NCBI RefSeq assembly: GCF_964204645.1
Contig: NC_134032.1
Coordinates: forward strand, 8,358,275-8,422,274
Length of the DNA: 64,000 nucleotides
DNA from: Tubulanus polymorphus
Taxonomy: Eukaryota; Animalia; Nemertea
Direction of reading: 5' to 3'
The notes beneath the pieces are model-generated. The model saw only the letters and a program-made list of their open reading frames with translations, made no database searches and had not been told where the DNA came from. Shown one piece after another: positions 61,601-64,000 of the stretch (position 1 is its first letter; the number at the start of each line of letters is the position of its first letter). The position numbers and the translations under genes were made by a program.

Positions 61601-62979
61601 ATGGATTGCAATTCCATACACATTCTTCAAATTTCTTTGGTTTGAAACGATCGAATCATTAATCGCTTGTTTTCAGTTTCGGTAAAAGAATGGGAAAGAC
61701 TATTGAACATTATTCGCAGGTTGTAAACTCAGTAAGGCAATCAATTACCGCGTTAACTTCTTTATATATAGATTTTATATTCGCGATTTAAATTACAATA
61801 TGAAGTAGCCGGAATAGATACAAAGTAATGTAATATAAGACGCTGGACGACTAGTGCAATTAAAATAGATAATTCTTTCCATTTTTCTCTCTTTTCTTTT
61901 TTATTTGAATTATACAGCGAATTTTTTGCGATATTTTAACATTTTAGATGGATCTAATATTCGGTGCTATCGAAGATACGGAGTTACAAGTTCGAATTTG
62001 CGTGACTGGTTGTTTCGTGGCTCAGGTATTGATTGAATATATGCGTTCAAACAATTTGTCATCGATTCATACGAAATTTATGTTGATAGCAATAGCAATA
62101 GCAATGAGAAAATAGCTAATTTCTAAAGCGCTCTTTCCACTGTGCGACGTGCATTGTTTGAGGGCACTTTCGATTGAGTCGGTATCCACATGCGTTATCC
62201 CCAGCCTTGTTACTCTTCGTGGGGCGAAATAACATGCGAGCACCAACTAGACACTCAGGAGTCATCTATAAGGTCAGATGATAATTTACTGCTGCGTGGA
62301 GAGAGGTAATGAGGACAATTAGTGTCTTGCCCGGGAGACACGGCGGTATTAAACAGGCATCAAACCCACGACCTGGCGAGCTTCGGTTATCGGTGTTAGT
62401 CGACTGTTCGTGAAGATTGGAGCGAAATCGAATGTCATTAAGTCAAAAGCATAGGCCGGAGATGTCGACCACAAATTGAGCACGGTTGCTGTTATAGCTA
62501 GAAAAGATGGTCGACAATTTGAAATGCGCTGCGAACGAATTATAGTCGGAACGACCACTAAATATAGTTCGCCCTATCTTGCCAGAGTCGAACGCTCTAA
62601 CCACTGGCCCACGCCACTCCTCGGATAATAAGCAATATATTGATCATTACGATATGTGCTCCTGGTGTTTCAGAGCGCTGAAGATGCCCCTTGGACTGAT
62701 TCTAACCCATTTATGGTGTCGACTGAAAGAGGCAATGCTCTCAATGTTACTGACGTAAGAGCTGCGGTAAAGGTTTGGTTGGAAGAAAGAGCCGGTAAAC
62801 TTCCTCCGTACGACCATGTTCAATTATACTCAGGGTACGAGAGACACTTGAATCTAATATGATTCAGAATTCAGAAATTTAACACTACATTGTATGATAT
62901 CTATCCAACACCTCTGTTAATTCATCCATGATTAATTTCAGGATTGTATTGTTTAATAGACACGGTGGTTTCGCTGGAG
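58676..62979 (+). CDS. ADAM/ADAMTS-like M12B (reprolysin) metalloprotease, 5' exons only; the gene continues beyond the window
   Basis: Phase-consistent exons 58676-58739 (signal peptide), 59264-59526, 59638-59727, 60616-60769, 61467-61560 (FRRQ..TYYVELFVMIDF), 61677-61731, 61948-62025, 62674-62834 (LPPYDHVQLYSG) and 62942-62979. The HExxH motif is not within the window. Confidence 0.75.
62085..62623 (-). mobile_element. tRNA-derived CORE-like SINE interrupted by a small insertion (~62375-62573)
   Basis: A-box gtgggccagtggttagagcg; B-box-like gggtttgatgcc; core gtgtctcccgggcaagacact; tail gcgctttagaaat + (TTGCTA)n. Confidence 0.65.
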
Positions 62980-63058
62980 GTAATAAACACTCGATATATT
63001 TCGTCGATTTTTGCTTTAGGCCTGATAGGCGCCTCATGGATGTCTCTTTGGAATAAAA

Positions 63059-63981
63059 TATGGCGGGTGATAACCACCGAAAAATAGCATTACTTTGAAA
63101 GATAACAAAAAGATGATGAAAAGATAGTAAAATGATGATAAAAGATAGTGAAATAATGAAAAGATAGTGAAATGATGATAAAAAGATAGTGAAATGATGA
63201 TAAAAAGGCTAAAGATACTCGGTGATGAAAAGATGAAACGATGGAAAGGTGAAACAATGCTGCACTACATATGAACTGCATGTGAACTTTGATGACTACA
63301 AGTCACTGTAGGTGATTAATTTCTGATTGTATTTCAAGCCGTTACGACATGAATTTTAATGACGCTGGTTTATAGTTTGCCGAGTAAAAAAGTTATATAG
63401 CATCCCGAATATGAAATAATGAACTTTAATAGCCCCAGGGTTTACTTGTATGCGCTAGGTTCGAATCCCGAATATGTAATAGAAAAAACATTCATTCATT
63501 TTAATATACCGATATATATCTTAGATTTTCAGCTTACAGCAAGATCATTTGAACATTTGTCATCGCTAAAAATACAAATGATCCTCTTAAGTGACCAAAC
63601 AAACTGCCCCTGCGCGTTACAAAAGTACACGCAGGTTCATTTCAGCGTACGACATGACCCAGATTAGAAAAAAATACACACGTAGTGACGCATGCGCACG
63701 CTAACAATTTCTTGACTTAGAGAATTTCCCCCACACTAATGCGCATGCGTTATAAACAAGGACTTTTCGTCTTTTCGTCGTTTCGCTTGTTCATCGTTTC
63801 ACCTTACTATCGTTTTACCTTTTCATTGTTTCACCTTTCCATCGTTTCATCTTTTCATCATCATTTCACTATCTTTCCATCATCATTTCACTATCTTTTT
63901 ATCATCATTTCACTATCTTTTCATCATCTTTTCACCATCTTTCGAAGCAATGCTATATTTTTGTGGATATCACCCGACATA
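63059..63981. mobile_element. Non-autonomous IS3EU-like element in a metalloprotease intron
   Basis: Termini TATGGCGGGTGATA / TATCACCCGACATA; 6-bp TSD ATAAAA at 63053-63058 and 63982-63987; inverted subterminal arrays of GATGA(T/A)AAAAGATAGT. Confidence 0.8.
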
Positions 63982-64000
63982 ATAAAAGCTCTCCAGGCCA

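Overview
This is eukaryotic (animal, probably lophotrochozoan invertebrate) genomic DNA: AT-rich, with spliceosomal introns and dense transposable elements. Host genes are a cluster of intronless rhodopsin-like GPCRs and the 5' part of a multi-exon ADAM/ADAMTS-like (M12B) metalloprotease gene from 58676. The GPCRs comprise two intact copies (9771-10718 + and 52169-53119 -), two pseudogenes and one 80-bp fragment. The most striking feature is an 8.2-kb DNA transposon at 43124-51352. It has TAT...ATA termini, a 6-bp TSD (GTTTAT) and long subterminal arrays of TTTTGGCGCGCCAAAA-type motifs, and it is inserted into a GPCR. It carries two convergent spliced genes: an IS3/integrase-like DDE transposase and a SAM + HECT E3 ubiquitin ligase. 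A non-autonomous element with the same terminus/TSD signature sits at 63059-63981. Other elements include a BEL/Pao LTR element with identical LTRs but no RT, a Gypsy element reduced to gag plus a chromodomain tail, a decayed DIRS-type element, LINE fragments, a DD41D Tc1/mariner, nested Helentron-like non-autonomous elements, several MITEs and SINEs, and a 2798-bp tandem duplication of the GPCR upstream region. All coordinates and exon models were read by eye. Family assignments come from recalled motifs, not database searches.
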